Assembly: GCA_963792415.1 (NCBI GenBank) | Contig: CAWBVY010000006.1 | Span: forward strand, 704,001-768,000 | DNA length: 64,000 bases | Reading direction: 5' to 3' | Source of the DNA: Candidatus Deferrimicrobiaceae bacterium | GTDB taxonomy: Bacteria; Desulfobacterota; Deferrimicrobia; Deferrimicrobiales; Deferrimicrobiaceae | In this document: positions 11,744 through 21,434 of the stretch, in pieces | Numbering within the stretch: the stretch's first letter is position 1 | How the letters are laid out: every line of letters starts with the position of its first letter | Notes under the pieces: generated by a model | What the model was told of the DNA's origin: nothing | The model's database searches: none | Seen by the model: the letters and a program-made list of their open reading frames with translations, nothing else | Made by a program: the position numbers and the translations under genes

Positions 11744-12142
11744 TTACTCCTCGACGTCCGCGACCGGGACCTTCCGGATCCCGTCCTCCGATTCCTCGCG
11801 GGTGTACTTCTCCTCCCTCTCGTTCTTCTCCTGACACTCCACGCAATTTTTCGCGAACGGCAGCACCTTGAGGCGCGCCCTCGGGATCTTGATGCCGCAC
11901 TCCTCGCAAAGCCCGTAGGTGTTCTCGTCGATCCGGTCGATCGCGTCGTCGATCTGGGCCAGCTTCCTCTTCTCCCGATCGGTCAGGATCAGGTCCAGTT
12001 CGCGGGTCCGCTCCTCGGACACCGAGTCGAGGATGTCGCCGATGTCCTGCACCGCGGATTCCGTGCTGGCCTTGGAGCGCCGGCCGATCTCCAGAACGAG
12101 TTCCTCCCGCTTCTTCACCAGCATCTCCCTGATCGCCTTCAT
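11744..12142 (-). CDS. dksA: DksA/TraR C4 zinc-finger protein
   Basis: Coiled coil with DILD tip, then YGLCEECG...IPRARLKVLPFAKNCVECQ. Confidence 0.9.
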   Translation of the reverse strand: MKAIREMLVKKREELVLEIGRRSKASTESAVQDIGDILDSVSEERTRELDLILTDREKRKLAQIDDAIDRIDENTYGLCEECGIKIPRARLKVLPFAKNCVECQEKNEREEKYTREESEDGIRKVPVADVEE

Positions 12143-12179
12143 GTCGGGGCCCGCCTCTGCCAGGAAATAAAATTGAATA

Positions 12180-12207
12180 AGTATACCCGGGGACCGACCG
12201 GAGTCAA
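12180..12207 (-). promoter_or_regulatory. Sigma70-type promoter for dksA
   Basis: TTGACT-N16-TATACT on the minus strand. Confidence 0.55.
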
Positions 12208-13589
12208 CCGGATTCGGAACTCCCGGAGCGCACGACGACTCCGCGCAGATCCCACTCCCTCGCGCCCGTCACGCGGGCGCGGACGATGGAGCCCGGTTTC
12301 CCGTCGAACCCGGAGAGGACCATGCAGCCGTCGACTTCCGGCGCCTGCCCCCGGTGGCGGCCGACGGCCTTTCCGCGGGCGCCTGCTTTTTCCACGAGCA
12401 CATCGAGGGTTTGTCCGATCCGCGACGCGTTGCGCGCGGAGAGGAGGTCGGCCTGGGCATCGCGCACACGGCGCGCCCGCTCCTCCTTCGTCCGCTCCGG
12501 GACCTGGGACGGCATCCCGAACGCGGAGGTCCCCTCTTCCCGCGAGTAGGGGAAGACGCCCAGGTAATCCCACCGCGCTTCGTCGACGAAACGGAGCAGG
12601 CGATCGTAGGCGGCCCGCGTCTCCCCGGGGAACCCAACGATCAGGGACGTCCGCAGGAAGAGGCCGGGAATCCCGTTCCTGAGCCGGTCGAGCATCCGGT
12701 AAATTGCGTCGGGCCCATACGTCCGCCCCATCCGGCGGAGGATCCCCGGATCGATGTGCTGGACGGGAACGTCAAGGTAGCGGCAAACCTTCTCCTCCGA
12801 TCGCAGAAGATCGACGATTCCGTCGTCGACGCGGGAGGGATAAAGATAGAGGAGGCGGATCCAGCGGACTCCCCGGACGGCGCAGAGGGCGCGCACCAGG
12901 GAGACGAGGCCCCCCTTCTCCCCACGGTCCAGGCCGTACGCGGTAATGTCCTGCCCGATGAGGTTCAGTTCCCGGGCGCCCCGGCGCACCAGAAGCCTCG
13001 CCTCCGCGAGAAGCGAATCCCGGTCCCGGCTCCGCAGGGGGCCCCGGATCGCCGGAATCGCGCAGTAGGCGCACCGGTTGTCGCACCCCTCCAGGATTTT
13101 CAGGAACGCCGACCCGGTGCCGACCTCGGGGAGGCGATGGCCGTACGCTTCATCGGGAAGCGCCCCGCCGCCCGACAGCGAGCGCGGCGCCGAACCGCCC
13201 GGCGACGATACGACCGTAGACAGGATCGAAGCGAGGCGGCCCGGAAGTTCCGGGATGTCGCCGGGACCGAGGAACAGGTCGACTTCAGGAAGAAGTTCCG
13301 GAAGTTCGTCCCGATACCGCTGTGCCATGCAGCCGGCGACGACCAGGCGCCGGATCCGCCCCCGCCGCTTCTCCACCGCCAGGGAGAGGATCGCCTCGAT
13401 CGACTCTTCCTTTGCCGCCCGAACGAACCCGCACGTGTTCAGGATCGCCGCGTCGGCCCGGCCGCGGGGCACCACGAGGAACCCTCCTTCCGACAGGAGG
13501 CCCGCCATGACCTCGGCATCCACGGCGTTCTTTCCGCACCCGAGGTTGTGGATGCGCACCGTCGGCGCCTTCGGCCCCGCCCGCGTCAC
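12204..13589 (-). CDS. rimO: Ribosomal protein S12 methylthiotransferase RimO
   Basis: LGCGKNAVD, NTCGFV, radical SAM EGCDNRCAYC, C-terminal APEVDG (TRAM domain); GTG start overlaps the lolA stop. Confidence 0.93.
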   Translation of the reverse strand: MTRAGPKAPTVRIHNLGCGKNAVDAEVMAGLLSEGGFLVVPRGRADAAILNTCGFVRAAKEESIEAILSLAVEKRRGRIRRLVVAGCMAQRYRDELPELLPEVDLFLGPGDIPELPGRLASILSTVVSSPGGSAPRSLSGGGALPDEAYGHRLPEVGTGSAFLKILEGCDNRCAYCAIPAIRGPLRSRDRDSLLAEARLLVRRGARELNLIGQDITAYGLDRGEKGGLVSLVRALCAVRGVRWIRLLYLYPSRVDDGIVDLLRSEEKVCRYLDVPVQHIDPGILRRMGRTYGPDAIYRMLDRLRNGIPGLFLRTSLIVGFPGETRAAYDRLLRFVDEARWDYLGVFPYSREEGTSAFGMPSQVPERTKEERARRVRDAQADLLSARNASRIGQTLDVLVEKAGARGKAVGRHRGQAPEVDGCMVLSGFDGKPGSIVRARVTGAREWDLRGVVVRSGSSESG

Positions 13590-14269
13590 CCGTCCACCAC
13601 GGAGACCCCGGCCGGCTTCCGGAACCGGAAAAGGTCGGCGGGCAGGGAAGGATCGACCGTCACGTCGGTGAGGTACAGGTGGTTCTCCCCGCCGAGCCGG
13701 TCGAAGACGTGAATCTCCCGGATGAGGGCATCCTCCGTTCCGACGACCAGATCGATCCGACGAACCTCGGGAGCTCCGTCGCCCAGGGGAGAGAGGCGCA
13801 GGACCGTCTCCTCGCCGCTTTTGCGCAGGTCGGCGGCGTCCACGCGGAAGAGGCTGGTGATCTCCCCCTTGCCGAACAGCAGCAGCAGCGGGATCTTCCC
13901 GCCAAGTCCCTTCTCGTCGATGCCGCGGCGGACCACCTGCGACGATCCCGCCGGGCGGAAGTAGAAGTACCGGCCGTCGGCGAGGAACAGCTGCGCCTCG
14001 GGGCCCTTGTAGTCCCACCGCATTTTGAGCGGCCGGCCGAAGTACACGGTCCCGGACGCCTTCCGGACGATCCCGACGTTCTGGAGCGGGATCTCCTGGC
14101 GGAACTTCGCGGACAGAGCGTGCGCGGCGGCGTACCGCTCGCCGACCCGCCGCAGGAGCGCCTCGCCGGCGTTTTCCGCACCCCCCGCACCGCCCACCGT
14201 AAGCGGCAACAGGAGAAGCGCGCAGGCGAGGAGGAGAGCACGCGGATTACGGCATGGGTGAAACATCAT
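13586..14269 (-). CDS. lolA: Outer-membrane lipoprotein carrier LolA family protein
   Basis: Signal peptide, SAKFRQ, GTVYFGRPLKMRWDY, ADG, LFRFRKPAGV; directly after ftsK. Confidence 0.88.
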   Translation of the reverse strand: MMFHPCRNPRALLLACALLLLPLTVGGAGGAENAGEALLRRVGERYAAAHALSAKFRQEIPLQNVGIVRKASGTVYFGRPLKMRWDYKGPEAQLFLADGRYFYFRPAGSSQVVRRGIDEKGLGGKIPLLLLFGKGEITSLFRVDAADLRKSGEETVLRLSPLGDGAPEVRRIDLVVGTEDALIREIHVFDRLGGENHLYLTDVTVDPSLPADLFRFRKPAGVSVVDG

Positions 14270-14341
14270 GTTTGCCTCAGGTTTGTGGGTTGTGGGCGAT
14301 TCTTTGGACGCCCGTTGGGTGGTCGCACCGAAGCGGAGGGG

Positions 14342-16501
14342 TCATTCTTCTTTCCGCTTCACGTAGACCTCGCGCTGTTTTCCACCCTCGGCAGGTCCGA
14401 CGATCCCCTGGCGCTCCATCTCCTCGACGATCCGCGCGGCGCGGTTGAACCCGATCTTGAGGCGGCGCTGGAGGAAGGAGACGGAGGCGCGGCCGGCGCG
14501 GACGACTTCCTCGACGGCGGCGTCGAACATCTCGTCGCGCGACGGGTCGGGATCCTCCATGGACGGGGGGGCCGTGATCGCGGAGTCGTAGACCGGCGGT
14601 CCCTGAGCCTTCAAATGGCCCACGACGCGCTGGATCTCGCCCTCCCCCACGTAGGGGCAGTGCACCCGAACGATCCCGCCTACGCCGGGCTGGAGGAAGA
14701 GCATGTCCCCGAACCCGAGGAGCGTCTCCGCCCCCGATTGATCGAGGATCGTCCGGGAGTCGAACTGGGAGATCACCTTGAAGGAGACGCGGGACGGGAA
14801 GTTCGCCTTGATCACGCCCGTCAGCACGTCGACGGAGGGTCGCTGGGTGGCGAAGATCAAGTGGATCCCCGCCGCCCGCGCCATCTGGGTGAGCTGGGTG
14901 ATGGAATCCTCCACCTCCCGCCGGGACGCGGAGGTCATCATCAGGTCCGCCAGTTCGTCGATGAGGATGACGATGTAGGGGAGCTTCACGAGGTCGTCGG
15001 CTTCCCCTTCCCCCTTCGGCCTGCCTGCCGAGCGGAGCCGTTTCTCGACGAACTGGTTGAAGGCGTCGATGTGGCGGACGCCGTTTTCCATCATCAGCTG
15101 ATACCGACCGCGCATCTCCCCCACCGCCCACTTCAGAACCTGGGCCGCGTCGCGCGGCTGGGTCACGACCGGGTGATACAGGTGCGGGATCCCATCGTAG
15201 AGCGACAGCTCGAGCATCTTCGGGTCGACGAGAATGAGCCGGACCTCGTCGGGCGTCGCGCGGAAGAGGATCGACAGGATCATGGTGTGGAGCGCCACGC
15301 TCTTCCCCGACCCGGTGGCGCCGGCGATCAGGAGGTGGGGCATCTTCCCGAGGTCCCTGACCACCGGATCGCCGAAGATGTCCTTCCCCATCGCCAGCGA
15401 CAGCGCGGGGACGGAGGAGGCGTAGGCGGGGCACCCGAGCAGTTCCCTCAGGACAATCGGGGCCCTGCGGCCGTTGGGGATCTCGAATCCCATGACCCCC
15501 TTTCCGGGGATGTTGGGGACCACGCGCACAGACTCGCACCGCATCGCCAGCGCCAGGTCGTCCGCCATCGCCGAGACCCGGTTCGCCTTGATCCCCGGCG
15601 CGGGTCGGAACTCGTACATGGTGACCAGGGGGCCGGTCCGAATCTCGGTGATCTGGCCGTCGATGCCGTGCTCCGCAAGCTTGGACAGCAGCGCATGGGC
15701 GTTCTCCCGCAACGTCTCCTCATCGACCCCCTCCTCGACGCCCGTGGAGGGTTCGAGCAGATCGAGCGGCGGCAGGACGAACGCCTTCCCGGCGGTCCGG
15801 GGGGGCGCGGTTTCCTCGGGGACGGGCCTTCGCGCGACGACCCGTGGGGGGGCGGCTTCTTCCGGGACTTCCGGCGCCGGGGGCTCCTCCTCCCACGTCT
15901 CGCGCGGGACCAACTTCTCCTTGATCCTCTCGCGGACCTTTTCCGGCGACGATTCCTTGCGGAAGAGCGCAGGCAGGCCGCTCAAGGGAAGACCGGTGAC
16001 CATCATCAGGGAGAACAGGAGGAGGGCGACCAGCAGGACGAGCCCGCCCGCGGTACCCGCTACCCTCCCGAGGAAATGGACCCCGAGCAGGTCACCGACG
16101 ACCCCCGGCAGGAAGACGTCCTGCCCCATGACGGAGACGTGTCCCGTGAAGAAACTGAGGATCCCGAGGACGGAGCAGACTGCCAGGAGTCCCCCCGCGG
16201 CACGCCCCCATTTCCCGAGGATCTCTTCGCCCCGGTACGTCCAGTAGGCGAGAAGAATGCACAGGAGGGGGAATCCGGCGGCGCCGACGCCGAACAGTTG
16301 AAGGAGCAGATCCGAAAGGATCGCCCCGCCCCAGCCGGCCCAGTTCCGCACCTCGGCACCCGGGGAGCCCGCGGTGGAGGTGGAGAGGGAGGGGTCCATC
16401 TGGTGAAACGACACCAGCGCGACGGAGAGGACGACCCCCGCGGCGAGGAAAAGGACCGCCACGGTTTCCCGACGGATCTTTCCGATATCGGCCAAGGTCA
16501 A
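14342..16501 (-). CDS. ftsK: DNA translocase FtsK
   Basis: 4TM N-terminus, MPHLLIAGATGSGKS, IDELADLMM, ATQRPSVDV, gamma domain LQRRLKIGFNRAARI. Confidence 0.97.
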   Translation of the reverse strand: MTLADIGKIRRETVAVLFLAAGVVLSVALVSFHQMDPSLSTSTAGSPGAEVRNWAGWGGAILSDLLLQLFGVGAAGFPLLCILLAYWTYRGEEILGKWGRAAGGLLAVCSVLGILSFFTGHVSVMGQDVFLPGVVGDLLGVHFLGRVAGTAGGLVLLVALLLFSLMMVTGLPLSGLPALFRKESSPEKVRERIKEKLVPRETWEEEPPAPEVPEEAAPPRVVARRPVPEETAPPRTAGKAFVLPPLDLLEPSTGVEEGVDEETLRENAHALLSKLAEHGIDGQITEIRTGPLVTMYEFRPAPGIKANRVSAMADDLALAMRCESVRVVPNIPGKGVMGFEIPNGRRAPIVLRELLGCPAYASSVPALSLAMGKDIFGDPVVRDLGKMPHLLIAGATGSGKSVALHTMILSILFRATPDEVRLILVDPKMLELSLYDGIPHLYHPVVTQPRDAAQVLKWAVGEMRGRYQLMMENGVRHIDAFNQFVEKRLRSAGRPKGEGEADDLVKLPYIVILIDELADLMMTSASRREVEDSITQLTQMARAAGIHLIFATQRPSVDVLTGVIKANFPSRVSFKVISQFDSRTILDQSGAETLLGFGDMLFLQPGVGGIVRVHCPYVGEGEIQRVVGHLKAQGPPVYDSAITAPPSMEDPDPSRDEMFDAAVEEVVRAGRASVSFLQRRLKIGFNRAARIVEEMERQGIVGPAEGGKQREVYVKRKEE

Positions 16502-18147
16502 AGCTCCAGGAGAACGGGAACGATCATCGGTTTCCGATCGATTCGCTTGTTGAAGAAGCGGCGCACCACCCTCCGGATCACGGTCTGCATCTCCGCCGTG
16601 TCGGTCCGCGCGTCGGCCCCGATCTCCCCGATCGCGCGGAGAACCTCGTCCCGCGCCCCCTCGACGAACTCCTCGGAGCCACTTTCCGTCACGACGCCGC
16701 GGGTGACGATATCGGGACCGTAGAGGAGTTCGCCCGTGGTCGAGGAGAAGGCGAGAACGACCATCACCAGCCCGACCTGGGAGAGGTGGATCCGATCCTT
16801 GAGAACGAGACTTTCGACGTCGCCGATCCCCTTTCCGTCGACGAAGCGGCGCCCGACCTCGATCCGCCCGGCGAGCGACATCTTCCCCCCCGAGAAGGCG
16901 AGCACGTCGCCGTTCCGCAGCATCGCGACGCGCGGCACCCCCAGCTCCCGCGCCAGGTTCCGGTGCCGGACGAGGAGCCTCGGCTCCCCGTGGACGGGGA
17001 CGAAATTCGCCGGCCGGACCGCAGCGATCATCGTCCGGAGCTCCTCGACGCTTGCGTGCCCGGACACGTGGATCTCCGATATCTTCTCATAGAGAACATC
17101 CGCCCCCGCGAGAAAAAAACGGTTGATGAGGCCCGCGATCGCCCGCTCGTTGCCGGGGATGAATTTCGAGGAGAGGACGATCGTGTCCCCCGGCCTCACC
17201 TTCAGATGCTTGTGCTCTCCGAGGGCCATCAGCGATAGCGCCGACCTCGGCTCCCCCTGGCTTCCGGTGGTGAGCACCGCCACGGCACGGTCCGGCAGCG
17301 AAACCGCCTCCTCGACGGGGATCAGGATGTCCGGCGACGGAAGCGCGAGGTAACCGAGGTCGATCGCCGTCGCCACGTTCCGCACCATGCTCCTTCCGCA
17401 CAGGGCCACCCGCCGGCCGCAGTTGCCGGCCGCCTTGATCACCTCCTGGATCCGGTGGAGGTTCGAGGAGAACATGCCCACCACGACCCTCCCCGTGGCC
17501 TGTCCGAAGATCTCCGAGAGGGCCTCTCCGACGAACTTTTCCGGCGGGCTCACCCCCTCCCGCTCCACGTTCGTGGAATCGGAGAAGAGCGCGGTGACCC
17601 CTTCCGCGGAGATTTCCCGGAGCCGTTCGATCCCGGTCGGCACGCCGTCGAGTGGATACGGGTCGATCTTGAAATCCCCCGTGTGGACGAAGAGTCCCTC
17701 GGGGCAGCGCAGCACGTATCCCACGGCGTCGGGGATGCTGTGGGAGACGGGGAACGCCTCCACGTCGAAGTTCCCGACGCGGAACCGGTCGTCCCGCGCG
17801 ATCGGGAAAAGCCGCGCGGACGCCTCGAGCCCCTGCTCGGCGAGGCGGTGGCGCAGCAGGCCCAGCGTCAGGCGGGTCCCGTAGACCGGTATGTCGAATT
17901 CGCGGAGCAGGAAGGGGACGGCGCCGATGTGATCCTCGTGCCCGTGGGTGAGCAGGAGCGCGCCGAGGTGGGGCGCCGTTTCTCGCAGGACGGAAAAGTC
18001 GGGGACGACGTAGTCGACCCCCAGCATCGTGTCGTCGGGGAACAGGAGACCAGCGTCGATGAGCAGCGCGGAGCCGCCGTCGTCGAACAGCATGCAGTTG
18101 AGGCCGATCTCGCCCAGCCCTCCCATCGGGATCACTCGCAGCGTCAT
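16498..18147 (-). CDS. rnj: Ribonuclease J
   Basis: GGLGEIGLN, THGHEDHIGA, HTGDFKID, TGSQGEP, HVSGHA, PVHGE. Confidence 0.96.
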   Translation of the reverse strand: MTLRVIPMGGLGEIGLNCMLFDDGGSALLIDAGLLFPDDTMLGVDYVVPDFSVLRETAPHLGALLLTHGHEDHIGAVPFLLREFDIPVYGTRLTLGLLRHRLAEQGLEASARLFPIARDDRFRVGNFDVEAFPVSHSIPDAVGYVLRCPEGLFVHTGDFKIDPYPLDGVPTGIERLREISAEGVTALFSDSTNVEREGVSPPEKFVGEALSEIFGQATGRVVVGMFSSNLHRIQEVIKAAGNCGRRVALCGRSMVRNVATAIDLGYLALPSPDILIPVEEAVSLPDRAVAVLTTGSQGEPRSALSLMALGEHKHLKVRPGDTIVLSSKFIPGNERAIAGLINRFFLAGADVLYEKISEIHVSGHASVEELRTMIAAVRPANFVPVHGEPRLLVRHRNLARELGVPRVAMLRNGDVLAFSGGKMSLAGRIEVGRRFVDGKGIGDVESLVLKDRIHLSQVGLVMVVLAFSSTTGELLYGPDIVTRGVVTESGSEEFVEGARDEVLRAIGEIGADARTDTAEMQTVIRRVVRRFFNKRIDRKPMIVPVLLEL

Positions 18148-18165
18148 CTCATGCCTTCCTGAAGT

Positions 18166-18879
18166 TCAAGTTATCGCGCGCTCGCTTGCGCGGGCCGCGA
18201 GGATCCGCGCCCGCACAGACTCGGCGATCCGTTCTTTCGATCCCCCCGCCCTTTCACCCGGTGAAAGCGGGGGAAGCACGCGGACGAGGAGATCGGCGGG
18301 CCGCACGCGAAAGCCCCCCTTGGGGATCGCCCGGCACCCGCCGTCGACGTAGACCGGGACGACGGGCGCCCCGGACTTCTGCGCGAGGTAGAAGGCACCC
18401 GGCCGGAATTCCCCGATCGACCCGTCCCCGCTTCGGGTCCCTTCCGGAAAAACGACCACGAGCCCTCCGTCGAGAAGCCGCGCCCCGACATCCCGCATCA
18501 TCCGGACCGCGTCTCTCGGGTCCTCCCGGTCGACGAAGAGGTTCCCCGCCGCCGCCATCGCCTTCCCGAACAGGGGGATCTCCCCCAGTTCCCGCTTGGC
18601 GAGAAACCGCACCGGCCGCGGGAACGCGGACAGGAGCATCGGGATGTCGACGATGCTCTGATGGTTCGCGACCAGAACGGCCCCGCCGGACGGGAGGTTC
18701 TCCATCCCCTCGACCCGCAGGTTCCACCCGCCCAGACGAACGAAGGAGCGTCCCCACCACCCCATGACGCCGCCGGCCCGGTCCTCGCGTGGAAACAGCC
18801 AACCCGCCAGGACCGATGCGAGAGAGGACCCGACGGTGAGGAGGAAGAGGAACAAGGACCGAAGTGCGCCCGGCATCAC
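18166..18879 (-). CDS. plsC: 1-acyl-sn-glycerol-3-phosphate acyltransferase
   Basis: NHQSIVD (HX4D), FPEGTRS. Confidence 0.9.
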   Translation of the reverse strand: MMPGALRSLFLFLLTVGSSLASVLAGWLFPREDRAGGVMGWWGRSFVRLGGWNLRVEGMENLPSGGAVLVANHQSIVDIPMLLSAFPRPVRFLAKRELGEIPLFGKAMAAAGNLFVDREDPRDAVRMMRDVGARLLDGGLVVVFPEGTRSGDGSIGEFRPGAFYLAQKSGAPVVPVYVDGGCRAIPKGGFRVRPADLLVRVLPPLSPGERAGGSKERIAESVRARILAARASERAIT

Positions 18880-19454
18880 CAGTCCCCCTCTTCCCGGAAG
18901 CTGAAGAACGCGCCGTCCCCGAGGATAACATGGTCGACCACCGGGATCCCGAGGATCCCTCCCGCGGACCGGAGCCTCCGCGTCACCTCCCGGTCCTGTC
19001 CGCTGGGGGCGGGATCGCCGCTCGGGTGGTTGTGCAGGAGAAGAACCGCCGCGGCGCGCTCCCGGACCGCCGCGGCGAAGACCTCTCTCGGGTGGATGAG
19101 GCTGCCGTCGAGGATCCCCGCCGACACGCGCTCCTCCCGCAGGGGACGGTGCTTCACGTCGAGGAGCACCACGACGAACACCTCAACGGGCGAATCGGAG
19201 AGCAGGAACCTGTACCGCTCGAACACGTCCCCCGCGGAACGGAACGGCTCGGGGCGTCGACGCGGAATCGCGAGCGCCCTGCGCGCAAGCTCGAGAACCG
19301 CCTCCCACCTTCGATGCCTTCCCGCGTCCGCCGGCCCGCTTCCCGAAGCGGCTAGGCGCATCCCCTCCCCGTCGTCCGGGAACGCCCTCCGGAACAGCTC
19401 CGTCTCTTCCACACCTTCCAGGGGCCGCGCATCGCGGCCGGTGACGCCCGGCAT
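18876..19454 (-). CDS. radC: RadC-family JAB domain protein (reduced N-terminus)
   Basis: HPREVF, HNHPSGDPAPSGQD, VDHVILG. Confidence 0.88.
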   Translation of the reverse strand: MPGVTGRDARPLEGVEETELFRRAFPDDGEGMRLAASGSGPADAGRHRRWEAVLELARRALAIPRRRPEPFRSAGDVFERYRFLLSDSPVEVFVVVLLDVKHRPLREERVSAGILDGSLIHPREVFAAAVRERAAAVLLLHNHPSGDPAPSGQDREVTRRLRSAGGILGIPVVDHVILGDGAFFSFREEGDW

Positions 19455-19545
19455 CCCGTCTCCCGAGGGGAAATGCCGGGGACCTATTCAAATACCATTC
19501 CGGATTTTTGTCAAAGCGCCGTCCCGGTGCGAGATAATGTTTGCC

Positions 19546-20484
19546 ATGGAAGGGAAACCGCTCACCGAACTGCTGTCGTCGTTCCGCGCGAACGTCGAAA
19601 CCGTTCTCCTCGGGAAACGGGAGTCGGTGGACCTGGCGATCGCCTCCTTCATCGCAGGAGGCCACGTTCTCCTCGAGGACGTCCCGGGCACCGGCAAGAC
19701 GACGCTGGCGCGGGCTCTCTCCTCGGGAATCTCGGGGACCTTCCGCCGGATCCAGTTCACGAGCGACCTGCTTCCCCAGGACATCATCGGCATGCACATC
19801 CTCGACGCGGACCGGAAATCGTTCGTCTTCTCGCCCGGGCCGCTGTTCGCGAACGTCGTCCTCGCAGACGAGATCAACCGGAGCAACCCCAGGGCCCAGA
19901 GCGCCCTGCTCGAAGCGATGAGCGAGCGGCAGGTGACGGTGGACAACCGGACCTACCCTCTTCCCGAGCCTTTCCTCGTCATCGCGACGCAGAACCCGTA
20001 CGAGCAGCACGGGACGTACCCTCTCCCGGAATCCCAGCTCGACCGTTTCAACCTCCGTCTGCGCCTCTCCTACCCGGACCGCGATTCGGAACGGCAGCTC
20101 ATCCGCGAGAACAATCTCCTCACGATGCGGGACGGAATCCCGGCGTCGATGCGGCCGGAGCAGATGCGGGCGCTCCGGGCGGAAGTCGACCGGGTGACCG
20201 TCCACGACGCGGTCATCGACTACATACAGCGGCTCGCGGCGGCGACCCGGGCCCACCCCGCCGTCCGCCTGGGCGCCTCCCCCCGCGGGGCGATCGGATT
20301 GAAGAGCACCTCGCAGGCGCTGGCCCTCCTCTCGGGACGTGACCACGTGATCCCCGGAGACGTCCGCAGAGCGGCGGTTCCGGTCCTCTGCCACCGCGTC
20401 TTCCCGAAAGGGGAAGCCGCCGGGTCGGAAGCCGCCCAGACGATCCTCGAGGAGGTCCTCTCGGTGGTGCCGTCGCCGCTGTGA
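19546..20484 (+). CDS. moxR: MoxR-family AAA+ ATPase
   Basis: HVLLEDVPGTGKT, RIQFTSDLLP, DEINR, ATQNP, LPESQLDRF. Confidence 0.95.
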   Translation: MEGKPLTELLSSFRANVETVLLGKRESVDLAIASFIAGGHVLLEDVPGTGKTTLARALSSGISGTFRRIQFTSDLLPQDIIGMHILDADRKSFVFSPGPLFANVVLADEINRSNPRAQSALLEAMSERQVTVDNRTYPLPEPFLVIATQNPYEQHGTYPLPESQLDRFNLRLRLSYPDRDSERQLIRENNLLTMRDGIPASMRPEQMRALRAEVDRVTVHDAVIDYIQRLAAATRAHPAVRLGASPRGAIGLKSTSQALALLSGRDHVIPGDVRRAAVPVLCHRVFPKGEAAGSEAAQTILEEVLSVVPSPL

Positions 20485-21434
20485 AGCCCGTCGCGCGCCG
20501 GTTTCGCCTTCCCCGTCATCTCCGGGTCCCCTTCGCGGGGAAGGTGTTCCTCCTCGTCACCCTCGGGGTCGGCGTCGCCGCCGTCAACACGGGGAACAAC
20601 CTCCTCTATCTCGCCTTGAGCCTCAACCTCTCGTTGATCCTCCTGTCGGGCGTCCTGTCCGAGGGAACGCTGCGGCACGTCACGCTGAAGGCCCGGCTCG
20701 CCTCGGAGGCGTTCGCGGGGGGGGAGGCGTTCCTCGCCGTCACCTGTTCGACGGAGGGGAAACGGTTTCCCGGGATCTCACTCGTCGCGATCCTTCGGAC
20801 CGGAGAAGATCCTGCGACGGTCCGGTTCCCGGACATCGCCCCCGGGACGACCGTCACCCGCGTAGTCCCGTTCCGACCTTCGCACAGGGGAGAGCTCGAT
20901 TCGATCCACGCCTCGCTCTCGACGCGCTTCCCGTTCTCCCTGTTCGAGAAATCGGTCGCGCTTGCCGTTCCCGCGGGCGTCATCGTGTATCCCCGGCCTT
21001 CCCCTCCCGAGGCGCGGTGCGAAGATCTCCCGGTCGCGGCGCCGTCGGGGCGCCCGTTCCTGTCCGGGCGGGTCGGCGCCTTCCCGCGGGGAGTGCGGGA
21101 GCACCTCCCCGCGGACCCCGCGAGGGACATCCACTGGAAGACGACGGCGCGGACGGGACGCTGGATGGTCAAGGAGCGGGAAGGGGAAGCCACGCCGTGG
21201 ATCGACCTTCGCGTGGAAGAAGGCGGAACGCCCGAGGCCTTCGAAGCCCGGCTCTCGGAAGCGTGCGGCGCCGTACTCGATCTCGAGCGGCGGACCGTCC
21301 CCTTCCGAATCCGGATCGGAGACCGCCTTTGCGCCGAAGCGCACGATCCGGACCGCAGATCGAAGGCCCTCGAGGCCCTGGCGAAGGCGCGGTTCCATCC
21401 CGCCCCCCCGGCACCGGCGGTGACGCCGTCATGA
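20481..21434 (+). CDS. DUF58 domain protein
   Basis: AAVNTGNNLLY TM region, FPFSLF, VYP, DIHWKTTAR; typical MoxR partner. Confidence 0.88.
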   Translation: MKPVARRFRLPRHLRVPFAGKVFLLVTLGVGVAAVNTGNNLLYLALSLNLSLILLSGVLSEGTLRHVTLKARLASEAFAGGEAFLAVTCSTEGKRFPGISLVAILRTGEDPATVRFPDIAPGTTVTRVVPFRPSHRGELDSIHASLSTRFPFSLFEKSVALAVPAGVIVYPRPSPPEARCEDLPVAAPSGRPFLSGRVGAFPRGVREHLPADPARDIHWKTTARTGRWMVKEREGEATPWIDLRVEEGGTPEAFEARLSEACGAVLDLERRTVPFRIRIGDRLCAEAHDPDRRSKALEALAKARFHPAPPAPAVTPS

